Below, piece after piece: positions 10,366 through 20,208 of a DNA stretch of 64,000 bases. Location: positions 6,600-70,599 of the forward strand of contig JARKNV010000063.1 in assembly GCA_029976065.1 (NCBI GenBank), written 5' to 3'. Source of the stretch: Selenomonadales bacterium (GTDB lineage: Bacteria; Bacillota; Negativicutes; Sporomusales; UBA7701). Numbering within the stretch: position 1 is the first letter of the stretch; every line of letters starts with the position of its first letter. The translations under genes were made by a program, and so were the position numbers. A model generated the notes under the pieces. The model worked only from the letters and a program-made list of their open reading frames with translations, was not told the origin of the DNA and did no database searches.

Positions 10366-10516
10366 GCCTTCCCTCCTCCTTCTTTGGTAATGAATAGAAA
10401 AAGCCTGTCATTGACAGACTCTACCATAGCAATTGGTATATTATGCTTGTTTATATTATATATTATTCTGTCCCTGTGCGGCAACCGAAATAAACGGCGG
10501 ATTTTGCCGGATGGTA

Positions 10517-11209
10517 TCAGGCGAGGGCAAGTTCGACCGCCCGCCGGGCGTGGAGGCCGGTGGTGTCGAACAGCGGCAGGGGAGTGTCCTGCTGGGTGAC
10601 GAGCAGGGGTATTTCGGTGCAGCCGAGGATGACGCCCTGGGCGCCGGCTGCTGCCAAACGGCCGATCGTTTCCAGGACGCGCCGGCGGGACGCCGGGTTC
10701 ATCACCCCCAGCACGAGTTCCTGGTAGATGATGTTGTGGACGGCTTCGCGGTCGGCGGCGTCGGGGATGATGACGTCGATGCCGTGCTTTTCTTTGATGC
10801 GGGTGCGGTAGAAGTCGCCTTCCATGGTGAAGCGGGTGCCGAGCAGGCCGACTTTACCGAGCTGCCGCGCTTTGACGGCTTCGGCCGCGGCGTCGGCGAT
10901 GTGGACGAGGGGGATGCCGACCTGGGCGGCGATGTCGTCGGCCACTTTGTGCATGGTGTTGGCGCAGATGAGGAGCAGCTCCGCTCCGCCCCGCTCGAGC
11001 CGCTTGGCGGCGTCGGCCATCAGCCCGGCGAGTTTGTCCCATTCGCCCTGATGCTGCAGGGCGGCGACTTCGGCGAAGTTGACGGAGTACATGAGGCACT
11101 GGCAGGAGTTGAGCCCGCCCAGCCGTTGCTTGATTTCCTCGTTGACGATCCGGTAGTATTCGATCGACGATTCCCAGCTGAGGCCGCCGATCATGCCGAT
11201 GGTTTTCAT
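10517..11209 (-). CDS. Aspartate/glutamate racemase family protein (RacX/YgeA-like)
   Basis: MKTIGMIGGLSWES, ICANTMH, LGCTEI; GGAGG RBS. Confidence 0.93.
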   Translation of the reverse strand: MKTIGMIGGLSWESSIEYYRIVNEEIKQRLGGLNSCQCLMYSVNFAEVAALQHQGEWDKLAGLMADAAKRLERGGAELLLICANTMHKVADDIAAQVGIPLVHIADAAAEAVKARQLGKVGLLGTRFTMEGDFYRTRIKEKHGIDVIIPDAADREAVHNIIYQELVLGVMNPASRRRVLETIGRLAAAGAQGVILGCTEIPLLVTQQDTPLPLFDTTGLHARRAVELALA

Positions 11210-11356
11210 GCCGCACCTCCGTGAGCGAGCTTTTTTCAACAGCTTAGCCGAAAAAGGGCCCCCTGTATATAGCCAATTCCCGCCGCGGCGGCAGAAATTG
11301 GTATTGTCGTCCGGGCGCAAACCGGCCGTCCCCTTTCCGGGGGGCGGCCGGTAACG

Positions 11357-11668
11357 TCAGAAGACGCGGATGAAGATTTCCATGACGCCGCCGCAGGCCA
11401 TGCCTTCGTCGGCGGCCACGGCGTTGTCGAGGCGGATTTCACGGCGGCAGGATTTCCCGTCGTCGAGGGCGATGAGCGCCCGCCGTTTGGCCTCGTCCTC
11501 GCCGCAGCCGCCGCCGATGGTGCCCCAGATGCGGCCGGTCCGGTCGACGGCCATGGCCGCGCCCGCTTTGCGGGGCGTGGAGCCGCGGGTGGCGATGACG
11601 GTTACGAGGGCAATCGCCTCTCCCCTGCCGGCAAGCTCGCCGATCACGCGCAACAGCCCTTTATCCAC
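11357..11668 (-). CDS. Stand-alone XdhC/CoxI N-terminal domain protein
   Basis: GSTPRKAGA, GTIGGGCGE, GMACGG. Confidence 0.9.
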   Translation of the reverse strand: MDKGLLRVIGELAGRGEAIALVTVIATRGSTPRKAGAAMAVDRTGRIWGTIGGGCGEDEAKRRALIALDDGKSCRREIRLDNAVAADEGMACGGVMEIFIRVF

Positions 11669-12440
11669 GGCCGTCCCTCCTTTTGTTCAGCGGCCCGCCG
11701 TCTCCGCCCCGGAAGGCGGCGATTATCTCGGCGGCGATGCTGACGGCGATCTCGGCCGGAGTTTCCGCGCCGATATCGAGGCCGATGGGCGCCCGCACTC
11801 TGGCAAGCAGGTCCGGATCAGCCCCTTCGTCGCGGAGGAGGGCGAAGACGGCCGCGACCTTGCGCCGGCTGCCGATCATGCCGAGGTAGCCGGCCGGCTG
11901 GCCGAGGACGGCCCGCAGGCATTCGAGATCGTGGCGGTGGCCGCGGGTGACGATGACGACGGCGGTGGCGGCGTCGGCGGACAGGCCGGCGAGGAAGGTC
12001 CGGAAGGCGGAGCAGACGACGCCGGTGCTGGGGGGAAAGCGGCGGCTGGCGGCGAAATCGGGACGGTCGTCGACAACGGTGACGGCGTGGCCGGCGAGGG
12101 TGAGGACGGCGGTCAGCGGCACGCTGATGTGGCCGCCGCCGAGGATGACGGTGCGGAAGGTGTCGTGGCCGAGGGCGTCCCAGAACAGCCGGTATTCGCC
12201 GTCTTGGTGTCGGACGGTCCGCAGGCAGGGCCCCGGCCAGCGGGCGTATTCGAGGTCGGCGGCGATCTGCGCGGCCAGGGCGGCGTCGCCCAGGTCGCCG
12301 GCGGTGCGGCCGTCGGCGTACAGGAGGAGGATGCGGCCCACGGCGGCGTCAAGCCCCGGGGGCGCGGCGACGACGGTGGCGGTTTGGACGGTTTCGCCGC
12401 GGCCGGCGGCGTCGAGCAGCAAGGCAAGGTCCTTGTCCAT
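11661..12440 (-). CDS. xdhC: XdhC family molybdoenzyme maturation protein (Rossmann domain)
   Basis: LGGGHI, VVDDRPDFA, VTRGHRHD, YLGMIGSRRK, APIGLDIGAETPAEIAVSIAAE. Confidence 0.9.
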   Translation of the reverse strand: MDKDLALLLDAAGRGETVQTATVVAAPPGLDAAVGRILLLYADGRTAGDLGDAALAAQIAADLEYARWPGPCLRTVRHQDGEYRLFWDALGHDTFRTVILGGGHISVPLTAVLTLAGHAVTVVDDRPDFAASRRFPPSTGVVCSAFRTFLAGLSADAATAVVIVTRGHRHDLECLRAVLGQPAGYLGMIGSRRKVAAVFALLRDEGADPDLLARVRAPIGLDIGAETPAEIAVSIAAEIIAAFRGGDGGPLNKRRDGRG

Positions 12441-12459
12441 GGCGGCCCCTCCCCTCTTT

Positions 12460-13269
12460 TCAGTTGCCGGCGCGGGCGGCGAGCAGCGCTTCGAGAACGC
12501 CGCCGCCGATCGCCCGGGCTTTGTCGGAGATGGTGAAGCAGTATTCGCGCTCGCCGCGCGGGTCGATGTCGCCGATTTTCCGGCCGGCGGCGACGGTGAG
12601 GCCGTCGTGGATGAGGCCGCGCAGGACGCCGCCGACGCGGGCGCTGACGGGCTGGCCGGCTACGTGGCCGACGATTTCGCCGGGAGCCAGGCGGTCGCCG
12701 ATGGCCCGCGCCGCGGCGAAGACGCCGGCGGCGGGGGAGCGCAGCAGCCGCTCGGCGCCGTAGCCGCCGATGATGCCGGGCACGCCGGTGTCGGGCAGGG
12801 CTTCGCCTGTTTCGATCACCCGGCCGAGGTAGTGGCCGCGGGCCGTTTCGACGACGTAGCGGACGTCGCGGCCGGCGGCGAAGCCCGGTCCGAGGGCGAC
12901 GACGACGGGGGCGTCGCGGAGGGTAGTGCCGGTGTTGCGTTTGGCGACGATGGCGTCGACGACGGCCCATGGCCTGTGCAGGCCGACGACCGCGGCGGCG
13001 GGGTCGACGACTACGGCGATGAGCCCCCGGGCGGCGACGGCGGCGGCGGCGGCGGGTTCGGTCAGGACGGCGGCGACGCCTTCGACGGTCGTGCGGCCGT
13101 CGAAGACGGCGGCGGCGTAGGCGACCGGCCGGCGGATGACGGTGGGCTCAGGCAGTTCGGTCATTATGACGGCGAAGCCGCTGCGGAAGAGGCGGTGGGC
13201 GACGCCTGACGCTAGGTCGCCGGCGCCTTTTATCACGACAAGTCGGGTTTCCCTGTCCAGGGCGGTCAC
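12460..13269 (-). CDS. yqeB: Selenium-dependent molybdenum hydroxylase accessory protein (YqeB/EF2563 family)
   Basis: KGAGDLASGVAHRL, DAIVAKRNTGT, ALGPGF, ETARGHYLG, KIGDIDPR, ISDKARAIGGGVLEA. Confidence 0.93.
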   Translation of the reverse strand: MTALDRETRLVVIKGAGDLASGVAHRLFRSGFAVIMTELPEPTVIRRPVAYAAAVFDGRTTVEGVAAVLTEPAAAAAVAARGLIAVVVDPAAAVVGLHRPWAVVDAIVAKRNTGTTLRDAPVVVALGPGFAAGRDVRYVVETARGHYLGRVIETGEALPDTGVPGIIGGYGAERLLRSPAAGVFAAARAIGDRLAPGEIVGHVAGQPVSARVGGVLRGLIHDGLTVAAGRKIGDIDPRGEREYCFTISDKARAIGGGVLEALLAARAGN

Positions 13270-13296
13270 CTTGCTTCCCTGCGGTAATGACGATTT

Positions 13297-14622
13297 TCAG
13301 CGGTTGAGTTCGTCGAGCGATTTGCGCATCGTCTCTTCGCCGAGGACGGCAACGTTGAGGGCGGTGACGAGCAGCACGCCGGTAAAGACGGTAAAGACGA
13401 GGGCGAATTTGTCCGGGCCGGTCATCACCCAGCCGACGACGCTGGGTGCGAAGATGCCGCCGACGCGCCCGAAGGCGGCCGCGAAGCCGACGCCGCTGGC
13501 GCGGGCGTGGGTGGGATAGAGTTCGGGCGAGTAGGTATAGAGGACGCCCCAGGCGCCGAGGTTGAAGAAGGACATCAGGCAGCCGTAGAGGAGGAGTTCG
13601 GCGCCGGTTTTGGCGCCGCCGAAGAAGTAGGCGCATACGGCGCAGGCGGCGAGGAAGGCGGCCATGGTGATTTTGCGGCCGATGCGGTCGACGAGGTAGG
13701 CGGCGGCGAAGTAGCCGGGGATCTGGGCAAGGGTCATCCACAGGACGAATTCGAACGAGCGGATGAGGGTGTGGCCGCTCTTGACGAGCAGGGACGGCAG
13801 CCAGGTGAAGATGCCGTAGTAGGAGAAGACGATGCCGAACCACAGTATCCACAGGCAGATCGTGCGCCGCAGGTACTGGCCGCGCCACAGCTCGGCGAAG
13901 GCGAATTTGGCCTTGGGGGCGGCGATTTCGGCGGCGCTGGGCGGGTCGCCCACCGGTACGCCGAGTTCGCGTTCGATGGCGGCGACCTGTTGGTGCGCTT
14001 CGTCGTAGCGGCCTTTGTCGACGAGGTAGAGCACCGATTCGGGGACCAGCCGCCACAGGAAGAAGACCAGCACCGCCGGCAGGGAACCGATAAAGAAGGC
14101 TATCTGCCAACCGTACAGGGGAATGATATAGTAGGCGATGACGGCGGCGGCCAGCCAGCCGATCGCCCAGGCGCTTTCCAGCAGCACGATCATGCGGCCG
14201 CGGTGACGGGCCGGGGAATATTCGCTCATGAGGGTGACGGCGACCGGCAGCTGGCCGCCGACGCCGAAGCCGACGAGAAACCGGAAAAAGAGCAGCGATT
14301 CGTAGCTCCAGGAAAGGCCGCACAGGCCGGTAGCGGCGCTGTAGACCAGGAGGGTGGCGGCGAACAGTTTTTTGCGGCCCATCATGTCGGCCAGCCAGCC
14401 GGAGAGTGCGGCCCCGCAGGCCATGCCCACCAGGCCGATGCTGCCGACGTAACCGATCTGGGCCGAGGTGAGGTTCCAGGTTTCAATCATTCTCGCTAGT
14501 ACGAAGGCGACGATGCCGGTGTCCATCGAGTCGAACGCCCAGCCGAGCATGGTGAGAAGGAGCAGCCGCCAGTGGAATTTCCCCAGCGGCAGGTTGCTTA
14601 GCCGGTCGGATACGCTTGCCAT
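13297..14622 (-). CDS. MFS transporter (NiaP/YceI-like)
   Basis: 12 TM; GWAFDSMD, GWLADMMGRK, GGQLPVAVTLMSEY, YSPELYPT..RASG. Confidence 0.9.
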   Translation of the reverse strand: MASVSDRLSNLPLGKFHWRLLLLTMLGWAFDSMDTGIVAFVLARMIETWNLTSAQIGYVGSIGLVGMACGAALSGWLADMMGRKKLFAATLLVYSAATGLCGLSWSYESLLFFRFLVGFGVGGQLPVAVTLMSEYSPARHRGRMIVLLESAWAIGWLAAAVIAYYIIPLYGWQIAFFIGSLPAVLVFFLWRLVPESVLYLVDKGRYDEAHQQVAAIERELGVPVGDPPSAAEIAAPKAKFAFAELWRGQYLRRTICLWILWFGIVFSYYGIFTWLPSLLVKSGHTLIRSFEFVLWMTLAQIPGYFAAAYLVDRIGRKITMAAFLAACAVCAYFFGGAKTGAELLLYGCLMSFFNLGAWGVLYTYSPELYPTHARASGVGFAAAFGRVGGIFAPSVVGWVMTGPDKFALVFTVFTGVLLVTALNVAVLGEETMRKSLDELNR

Positions 14623-15058
14623 TTTAAAACCCCCACATCATTCTTTGCCCGCCGGTCCGTTTGACGGACCGGGCGGACGCAGCCACGCCTGCCCACGCTT
14701 TATTATTTCCGCCCGGAAAGCCCGGCAAGCCTGTACCAAACGAAGCAGCGCAAAAACAACCGCGCGGTGTCTTTGCGCCGGGAAATTGCCGGGGACAATT
14801 TGCCGAACAGGCGGGTACACCGGGCCGGGACCGGGGTGCATTTTACAATCGGCGCGGCTGGTGTTTAAAGTATTTTACTTCTCCGCCTGGCATGGATATC
14901 CTTTTTTGCCAGGATAAACCGCGGCGGCAAAATTGGGCGAATACCGACCTAATGCCGGAATTTTTCCGATTATTCCGCCTTCCGGCCGCACTCTTATAAT
15001 GTATACACGGATATGCTATAATCGAAATGAAATAGTGTAGATTGGGGAGGGAACGACC

Positions 15059-15688
15059 GTGCCCTTTCGCCTTAAGCCCAAGGAAGAAAAATTTTTCGAG
15101 TTTTTGGCCGACCACGCCGCGATCGCCAAGCAGGCGAGCGAGTTGATGGTGACAGCCTTCGAGGAGCAGGACCGGGTAGGCGAGATCCTGACCGAGGTGG
15201 AAAGGCTCGAGGTCGAGGCCGACGAGTTGGGGGAAAAGATTCTCAAGAAGCTGCACAAGACCTTCATAACCCCCTTCGACCGCGAGGATATCTTCGCTCT
15301 GGCCCAAAAACTGGACGACCTGGTGGACGCGATGAAGGGCATCGTCGACAAGCTGCACATGTACAACGTCGGCAGCGCCTCGCCCGAGGTCCGCGAACTG
15401 GTGTCCCTCGTCCACGCCAGCATCGGGCAGGTCGTCAAATGCATCAATTACCTCAGCGAGCTGAAGAAGCAGCACCTTAAGCTCGAAGCCCGCTGCAACC
15501 GGATTGTGGCCCTCGAGTCGGAGGGGGACGTCCTCTACCGCCGGGAGATGGCCAAGCTTTTCCGCGAGGGCTGCGACCCGATCGAGATCATCAAGTGGAA
15601 GGAAGTCCTTACCAGCCTCGAAGATACTCTCGATGTCTGCGAAGACATCACTCAACTGCTGAAGAGGGTAGTGCTAAAATATGCCTGA
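15059..15688 (+). CDS. DUF47 phosphate-transport accessory protein (YkaA-like)
   Basis: LHKTFITPFDREDI, IIKWKEV; overlaps the Pit gene start. Confidence 0.93.
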   Translation: MPFRLKPKEEKFFEFLADHAAIAKQASELMVTAFEEQDRVGEILTEVERLEVEADELGEKILKKLHKTFITPFDREDIFALAQKLDDLVDAMKGIVDKLHMYNVGSASPEVRELVSLVHASIGQVVKCINYLSELKKQHLKLEARCNRIVALESEGDVLYRREMAKLFREGCDPIEIIKWKEVLTSLEDTLDVCEDITQLLKRVVLKYA

Positions 15689-16676
15689 TTTATGGCTGGT
15701 ATACGCCGTCGTAATCTTCGCCCTGGCCTTCGACTACATCAACGGCTTCCACGATACCGCCAACGCCATCGCCACTTCGGTGTCGACGCGGGCGCTGGCC
15801 CCGCAGCACGCCGTGATGATGGCCGCGGGGCTCAATTTTCTCGGCGCTTTGATGAGCACCGGAGTCGCCAAGACCATCGGCGGCGATATCGTCAAGTCGG
15901 CCCAGCTTGTCGATCAGCCGGTGATCATCGCCGCGCTCGTCGGGGCTATTTTCTGGAACCTGCTGACCTGGCTGCTGGGCATCCCGTCGAGTTCGTCGCA
16001 CGCCCTGGTCGGCGGCATCATGGGCGCGGTCATCGCCGGCCGCGGTTTCGATGTCCTCAAACTGGGCGGCATCGAGAAGATCGTTCTGTCCCTGGTGCTG
16101 TCGCCCGTCATCGCCCTTATTACCGGCTATTTCGTGATGATCCTGATGCTGTGGATTTTCGGCCGGTTGGGTCCGGGGGTCCTCAACACCGGCTTCAAGC
16201 GGATGCAGTTGGTGTCGGCCAGCCTGATGGCTTTTTCCCACGGCTCGAACGACGCCCAGAAGGCAATGGGCATCATAACCCTCGCCCTGCTGTCGGCCGG
16301 TCAGATCGAGTCGCTGGAGGTGCCGATGTGGGTCAAACTGGCCTGCGCGCTCTCGATGGGCCTTGGCACGGCCGCCGGCGGCTGGAAGATCATCAAGACG
16401 ATGGGCACGCGCATTTTCCGCATGGAGCCGATCAACGGCTTCGCCGCCGACCTCAATTCGGCGCTGGTCATTTTCGGCGCCACCTTCCTCCACCTGCCGG
16501 TCAGTACGACCCACGTGGTATCGGGGTCGATCATGGGCGTGGGTTCGGCCAAACGGGTGACGGCGGTGCGCTGGACGACGGCCCGCCAGATGGTGTTCGC
16601 CTGGCTGCTGACCATCCCGGCCAGCGGCGCGACGAGCGCTCTCACGTATTACCTGTACAAGTGGCTGTGCCTGTAG
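15681..16676 (+). CDS. pit: Inorganic phosphate transporter (Pit family)
   Basis: NGFHDTANAIAT, PSSSSHAL, HGSNDAQK, PVSTTH. Confidence 0.95.
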   Translation: MPDLWLVYAVVIFALAFDYINGFHDTANAIATSVSTRALAPQHAVMMAAGLNFLGALMSTGVAKTIGGDIVKSAQLVDQPVIIAALVGAIFWNLLTWLLGIPSSSSHALVGGIMGAVIAGRGFDVLKLGGIEKIVLSLVLSPVIALITGYFVMILMLWIFGRLGPGVLNTGFKRMQLVSASLMAFSHGSNDAQKAMGIITLALLSAGQIESLEVPMWVKLACALSMGLGTAAGGWKIIKTMGTRIFRMEPINGFAADLNSALVIFGATFLHLPVSTTHVVSGSIMGVGSAKRVTAVRWTTARQMVFAWLLTIPASGATSALTYYLYKWLCL

Positions 16677-16712
16677 CCTGAGTCGCCGGCAACAACGACA
16701 TAATCGACCGCC

Positions 16713-16739
16713 AAGGGTATCGCAGCGATACTCTTTTTT
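16713..16739 (+). terminator. Pit operon terminator
   Basis: AAGGGTATCG-cag-CGATACTCTTTTTT. Confidence 0.7.
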
Positions 16740-16827
16740 CGTTTGTCCGCCAGGCGGCCGAACGGGCAAGGGTATAAGAGCGGCCCGCGAGTGCCACCTT
16801 ATGGTTAGGAACGGCGGAGGTGTGCTG

Positions 16828-17502
16828 ATGCGAATCCTCGTGGTGGAAGATGACGCCCCCCTGCGGGAGGCGATCGTGGCTGTGCTGCTTGAGGACGACT
16901 ACGCGGTGGATGAGGCGGCCGGCGGCGACGAGGGCCTTTATCAGGCCCGGCAGGGAGTATACGACCTGCTCATCCTCGATGTGATGCTGCCGGGAACGGG
17001 CGGGCTGGAGATCGTGCGGCGGCTGCGGCTGGAGGGCAGCCGGACGCCGATTATGCTGCTGACCGCCCGGGACAGCGTGGCCGACAAGGTGGCGGGGCTC
17101 GATTCGGGGGCGGACGATTACCTCGTGAAGCCGTTCGCCGTGCCCGAGCTGTTGGCACGGGTCAAGGCGCTGCTGCGCCGCGGCGGGCCGGTGGGAATGG
17201 ACGGCGAGCTCCGCTACGGCGGCATCGCCGCCAGCCCGAAGGCGAAGGACGCGTTCGTGGACGGCACCGCGCTCCACCTGACGGTGAAGGAATACGAGCT
17301 GCTGGAGTTTCTGCTTCTCAATCGCGAGCAGATCCTCACCCGCGAGCAGATTTTCGACCGCGTGTGGGGGTTTCAGTCTGATACCAGCCACGGCATCGTC
17401 GATCTCTATATCCACTATCTGCGCAAAAAGCTCGCCCCGCACGGCCGCGACGCCCTTATCCAGACGGTGCGCGGGGCGGGCTTCATGCTGAAGGAAAAAT
17501 GA
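16828..17502 (+). CDS. OmpR-family response regulator
   Basis: ILVVEDD, LDVMLP, GADDYLVKPF, winged helix ending IQTVRGAGF. Confidence 0.95.
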   Translation: MRILVVEDDAPLREAIVAVLLEDDYAVDEAAGGDEGLYQARQGVYDLLILDVMLPGTGGLEIVRRLRLEGSRTPIMLLTARDSVADKVAGLDSGADDYLVKPFAVPELLARVKALLRRGGPVGMDGELRYGGIAASPKAKDAFVDGTALHLTVKEYELLEFLLLNREQILTREQIFDRVWGFQSDTSHGIVDLYIHYLRKKLAPHGRDALIQTVRGAGFMLKEK

Positions 17503-17503
17503 T

Positions 17504-18757
17504 ATGTTCCAGAAAACGCTCCGCAAACTTACCATTCTCAACGCTTTGGTCTTTTTCCTTATCCTGGTGTGGTTCGGCGGTTCGCTGTACGGCTTTGTCG
17601 CCTATCAGCTGTTCGACGAGGTGGATGACGCGATGGACGCCAGGCTCGCCGCTTTCCGCGTCGCCGGCGGGCGCCCCGCCATGGTTTTCAGCCGCCCGGC
17701 GGCTTTCGATCCGCGGGTTTTTCTGTTTGTGCGCGACACGGATGGCCGGGTGGCCAATTTTTATCCGCTGGAAAACGCCGACGCGGTGAAGGCGGTGGCG
17801 GCGGAAGCCAGGGCGGGGAAACCTCAGATGCAGCGGGCCGGCGGCCACGTTTACCGCAGCCGTTCGGTGCCTTACCAGGAGGGCGAGACGGCCCTCGTCC
17901 GCCCCGAGGGGTCGTTCACGGTGAAGGATGTGGTGACGGTGGCGATCGTCGATTCGGAGACGGCGATGCTGCGGCGGCTGCTGATGATTATCCTTGCGGC
18001 GACGGCGGCCGGGCTGCTGGCGGCGGCGGTGGCCGGCTATTTCCTGGCCCGGCGGGCGCTGGTGCCGGTGAAATCGGCGTGGGAGAAGCAGCAGCAGTTC
18101 GTGGCCGACGCGTCCCACGAGCTGCGGACGCCGCTGGCGGTGGTGAAGGCCAACGCCGAGCTGCTGCTCCGCTACCCGGACCGCACCGTCGAGGAGGAGA
18201 GCGTCCGCATCTCGAACGTCGTGCGCGAGGCCACCCGCATGAGCAGGCTGGTGGCGACGCTGCTGACGCTGGCCAGGGCGGACGCCGGCCAGCCGGAGCT
18301 GGTCGCCGAGGAGGTGCGCCTGGGCGGGCTTGTCGCCGCCGCCGCCGAGCAGTTCCGGCCGCTGGCCGGGCAGAAGGGGGTGGCGCTGACGGCGGACGGC
18401 GACGACATTACGCTGCGCGCCGACCGGGAACGGCTGCAGCAGCTGCTGGTCATTCTGCTCGACAATGCGGTGAAGTTCACGCCGTCCGGCGGCCGGGTGA
18501 CGGTGACCTGCCGGCGGCAGGCGGGCCAGGCGGTGCTGACGGTCGCCGACACCGGCGCCGGCATCCAGGCCGCGGATTTGCCGCGGATTTTCGACCGCTT
18601 TTTCCGCGGCGACCGGGCCCGGCCGCGCGGGGAGAGCGGTGCGGGGCTCGGTCTGGCGATCGCCCGCTGGATCGTGGAGAGTCACGGGGGAAAGATCCGG
18701 GCCGAGAGCGCGGTGGGCGCGGGCACGAGGATTATCGTGACGCTGCCGGTGAAGTAG
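17504..18757 (+). CDS. Sensor histidine kinase (CiaH-like)
   Basis: Two TM; FVADASHELRTPL, LLDNAVKFT, DTGAGI, GAGLGLAIA. Confidence 0.95.
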   Translation: MFQKTLRKLTILNALVFFLILVWFGGSLYGFVAYQLFDEVDDAMDARLAAFRVAGGRPAMVFSRPAAFDPRVFLFVRDTDGRVANFYPLENADAVKAVAAEARAGKPQMQRAGGHVYRSRSVPYQEGETALVRPEGSFTVKDVVTVAIVDSETAMLRRLLMIILAATAAGLLAAAVAGYFLARRALVPVKSAWEKQQQFVADASHELRTPLAVVKANAELLLRYPDRTVEEESVRISNVVREATRMSRLVATLLTLARADAGQPELVAEEVRLGGLVAAAAEQFRPLAGQKGVALTADGDDITLRADRERLQQLLVILLDNAVKFTPSGGRVTVTCRRQAGQAVLTVADTGAGIQAADLPRIFDRFFRGDRARPRGESGAGLGLAIARWIVESHGGKIRAESAVGAGTRIIVTLPVK

Positions 18758-18767
18758 AGGATGGGAT

Positions 18768-18793
18768 AGGCACCTATACAGGTGTCTTTTTTT
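18768..18793 (+). terminator. Terminator after the kinase gene
   Basis: AGGCACCT-atac-AGGTGTCTTTTTTT. Confidence 0.7.
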
Positions 18794-18821
18794 ATGCCCG
18801 CCGCTATTTTCCACCCCCCCT

Positions 18822-18838
18822 CTAAAGAAAAACTAAAA
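18822..18838 (+). promoter_or_regulatory. Candidate OmpR-type direct-repeat site upstream of the tolC operon
   Basis: CTAAAG/CTAAAA repeated at 11-bp spacing. Confidence 0.4.
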
Positions 18839-18906
18839 CTATTTTACTAGAATTGCTCTGTATCGGAAGGTTCCATATTACATCAGGATAACAGGGAGGA
18901 ATGGAT

Positions 18907-20184
18907 ATGCCATCCCGCTACATGAACAAACCCGCGGCCCTGCTGCTGGCCGCCTCGCTGCTGCTGAACGCGCCGGCGGCCCTCGCGGCGCCCCAGGAGC
19001 TGTCCCTCAAGGACAGCATCGCCGCCGCCGTCGATAACAACCCCACCCTCAAGATGGCGGCCGCCGACAGGGACAGGGCTACTTACGGCGTGGACGAGGC
19101 CAAGGCGGGGAACTGGCCGACGCTGTCGCTGGGCAGCACCTACAGCCGCCAGCCGGGCTTGGCCGGCGCCCCGGCGAGCGACGGGGTGAGCAACGGCCTG
19201 CGTCTCAACTGGCAGCTGTACAACGGCGGCCGGACCGCGGGGCTTATCGACCAGGCCGAGGAAGGCGAAAAGAGCGCCGCCCTCGGGGTGGCGAAGGCCG
19301 AGCAGCAGGTGCGGCTCGACGCAGCCACCGCGTATTTCAGCGTGCTGCAGAACAGGAATCTCGTCTCCGTCAATGAGGAGAACGTAAAAAATCTTCAGCA
19401 GCACCTGAAGACCGCCCAGGAGAAATTCGCCGCCGGGCTGGTGGCGAAGGCCGACGTGCTCCGCTCTGAGGTGGAGCTGGCCAACGCCCAGCAGAACCTC
19501 ATCAAAAGCGAGAACAGCTACGAGCTCGCCATGGCCGGCCTCAAAAACGTGATGAGCACCGACCCGGCGGCCGAAATCGTGCTGACCGACGCGCTGAAGT
19601 ACGAGAAGTACGGCAGGACGCTCGACGAGAGCATCGCCCTGGCGCGCGACAAGCGGCCGGAGATCGCCCAGGCGGAATCGGCCGTGAAGATGGCCACGAG
19701 CGGCGTGCAGGTGGCTGAGAGCGGCAACCTGCCGACGCTGACCTTCGGCGCTTCCAAGGGCTGGAACGATTCCGCCCTGCCCGAGAGCGGCGGCGACTGG
19801 TCGATGAGTCTGGCCGCCAGCTTCAACGTTTTCGACGGCGGCGTGACCAAAGCCAGGGTCCGCCAGGCCGACGCGAGCCTGACCAAGGCCGGGGAGCAGG
19901 CCCGTCAGACGTCCGACGCCGTCGAGCTTGAGGTCCGCCAGCAGTACCTGTCGATGCAGGAGGCCGAGAAACGCCTCGATACGACCGAGGTGGCGATCGC
20001 CAAGGCCCAGGAGGACCTCAGCATCGCCCGCGAAAAATACAACGCCGGCGTGGGCACGAACATCGACGTCATCGACGCCCAGCTCGCCCTGGCCCAGGCC
20101 AGGACCAACTACTACCAGGCGCTGTACGACTTCAACGTCAGCAAGGAAAAACTGATCAAAGCCACCGGCCTGACGGTGGAATAG
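18907..20184 (+). CDS. tolC: TolC family outer-membrane efflux protein
   Basis: Signal peptide; two OEP repeats (NWPTLSL, YFSVL, KADVLRSEV; NLPTLTF, NIDVIDAQ). Confidence 0.93.
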   Translation: MPSRYMNKPAALLLAASLLLNAPAALAAPQELSLKDSIAAAVDNNPTLKMAAADRDRATYGVDEAKAGNWPTLSLGSTYSRQPGLAGAPASDGVSNGLRLNWQLYNGGRTAGLIDQAEEGEKSAALGVAKAEQQVRLDAATAYFSVLQNRNLVSVNEENVKNLQQHLKTAQEKFAAGLVAKADVLRSEVELANAQQNLIKSENSYELAMAGLKNVMSTDPAAEIVLTDALKYEKYGRTLDESIALARDKRPEIAQAESAVKMATSGVQVAESGNLPTLTFGASKGWNDSALPESGGDWSMSLAASFNVFDGGVTKARVRQADASLTKAGEQARQTSDAVELEVRQQYLSMQEAEKRLDTTEVAIAKAQEDLSIAREKYNAGVGTNIDVIDAQLALAQARTNYYQALYDFNVSKEKLIKATGLTVE

Positions 20185-20208
20185 GCAAAACATACCGGAG
20201 GTGCCGGA

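Noticed and set aside
11231-11243. TTTTTTCAACAGC resembling an IS terminal repeat
   Set aside because: Single 13-mer with no partner end or target duplication.
11357-13269. Selenocysteine or pyrrolysine read-through in the Se-linked genes (also the YeeE pair)
   Set aside because: The ORFs are complete at normal lengths with Cys at the motif positions; no in-frame TGA/TAG interrupts homology.
14623-15058. Possible riboswitch upstream of the MFS or Pit operon
   Set aside because: Only isolated GC hairpins; no known aptamer consensus and no U-tract terminator.
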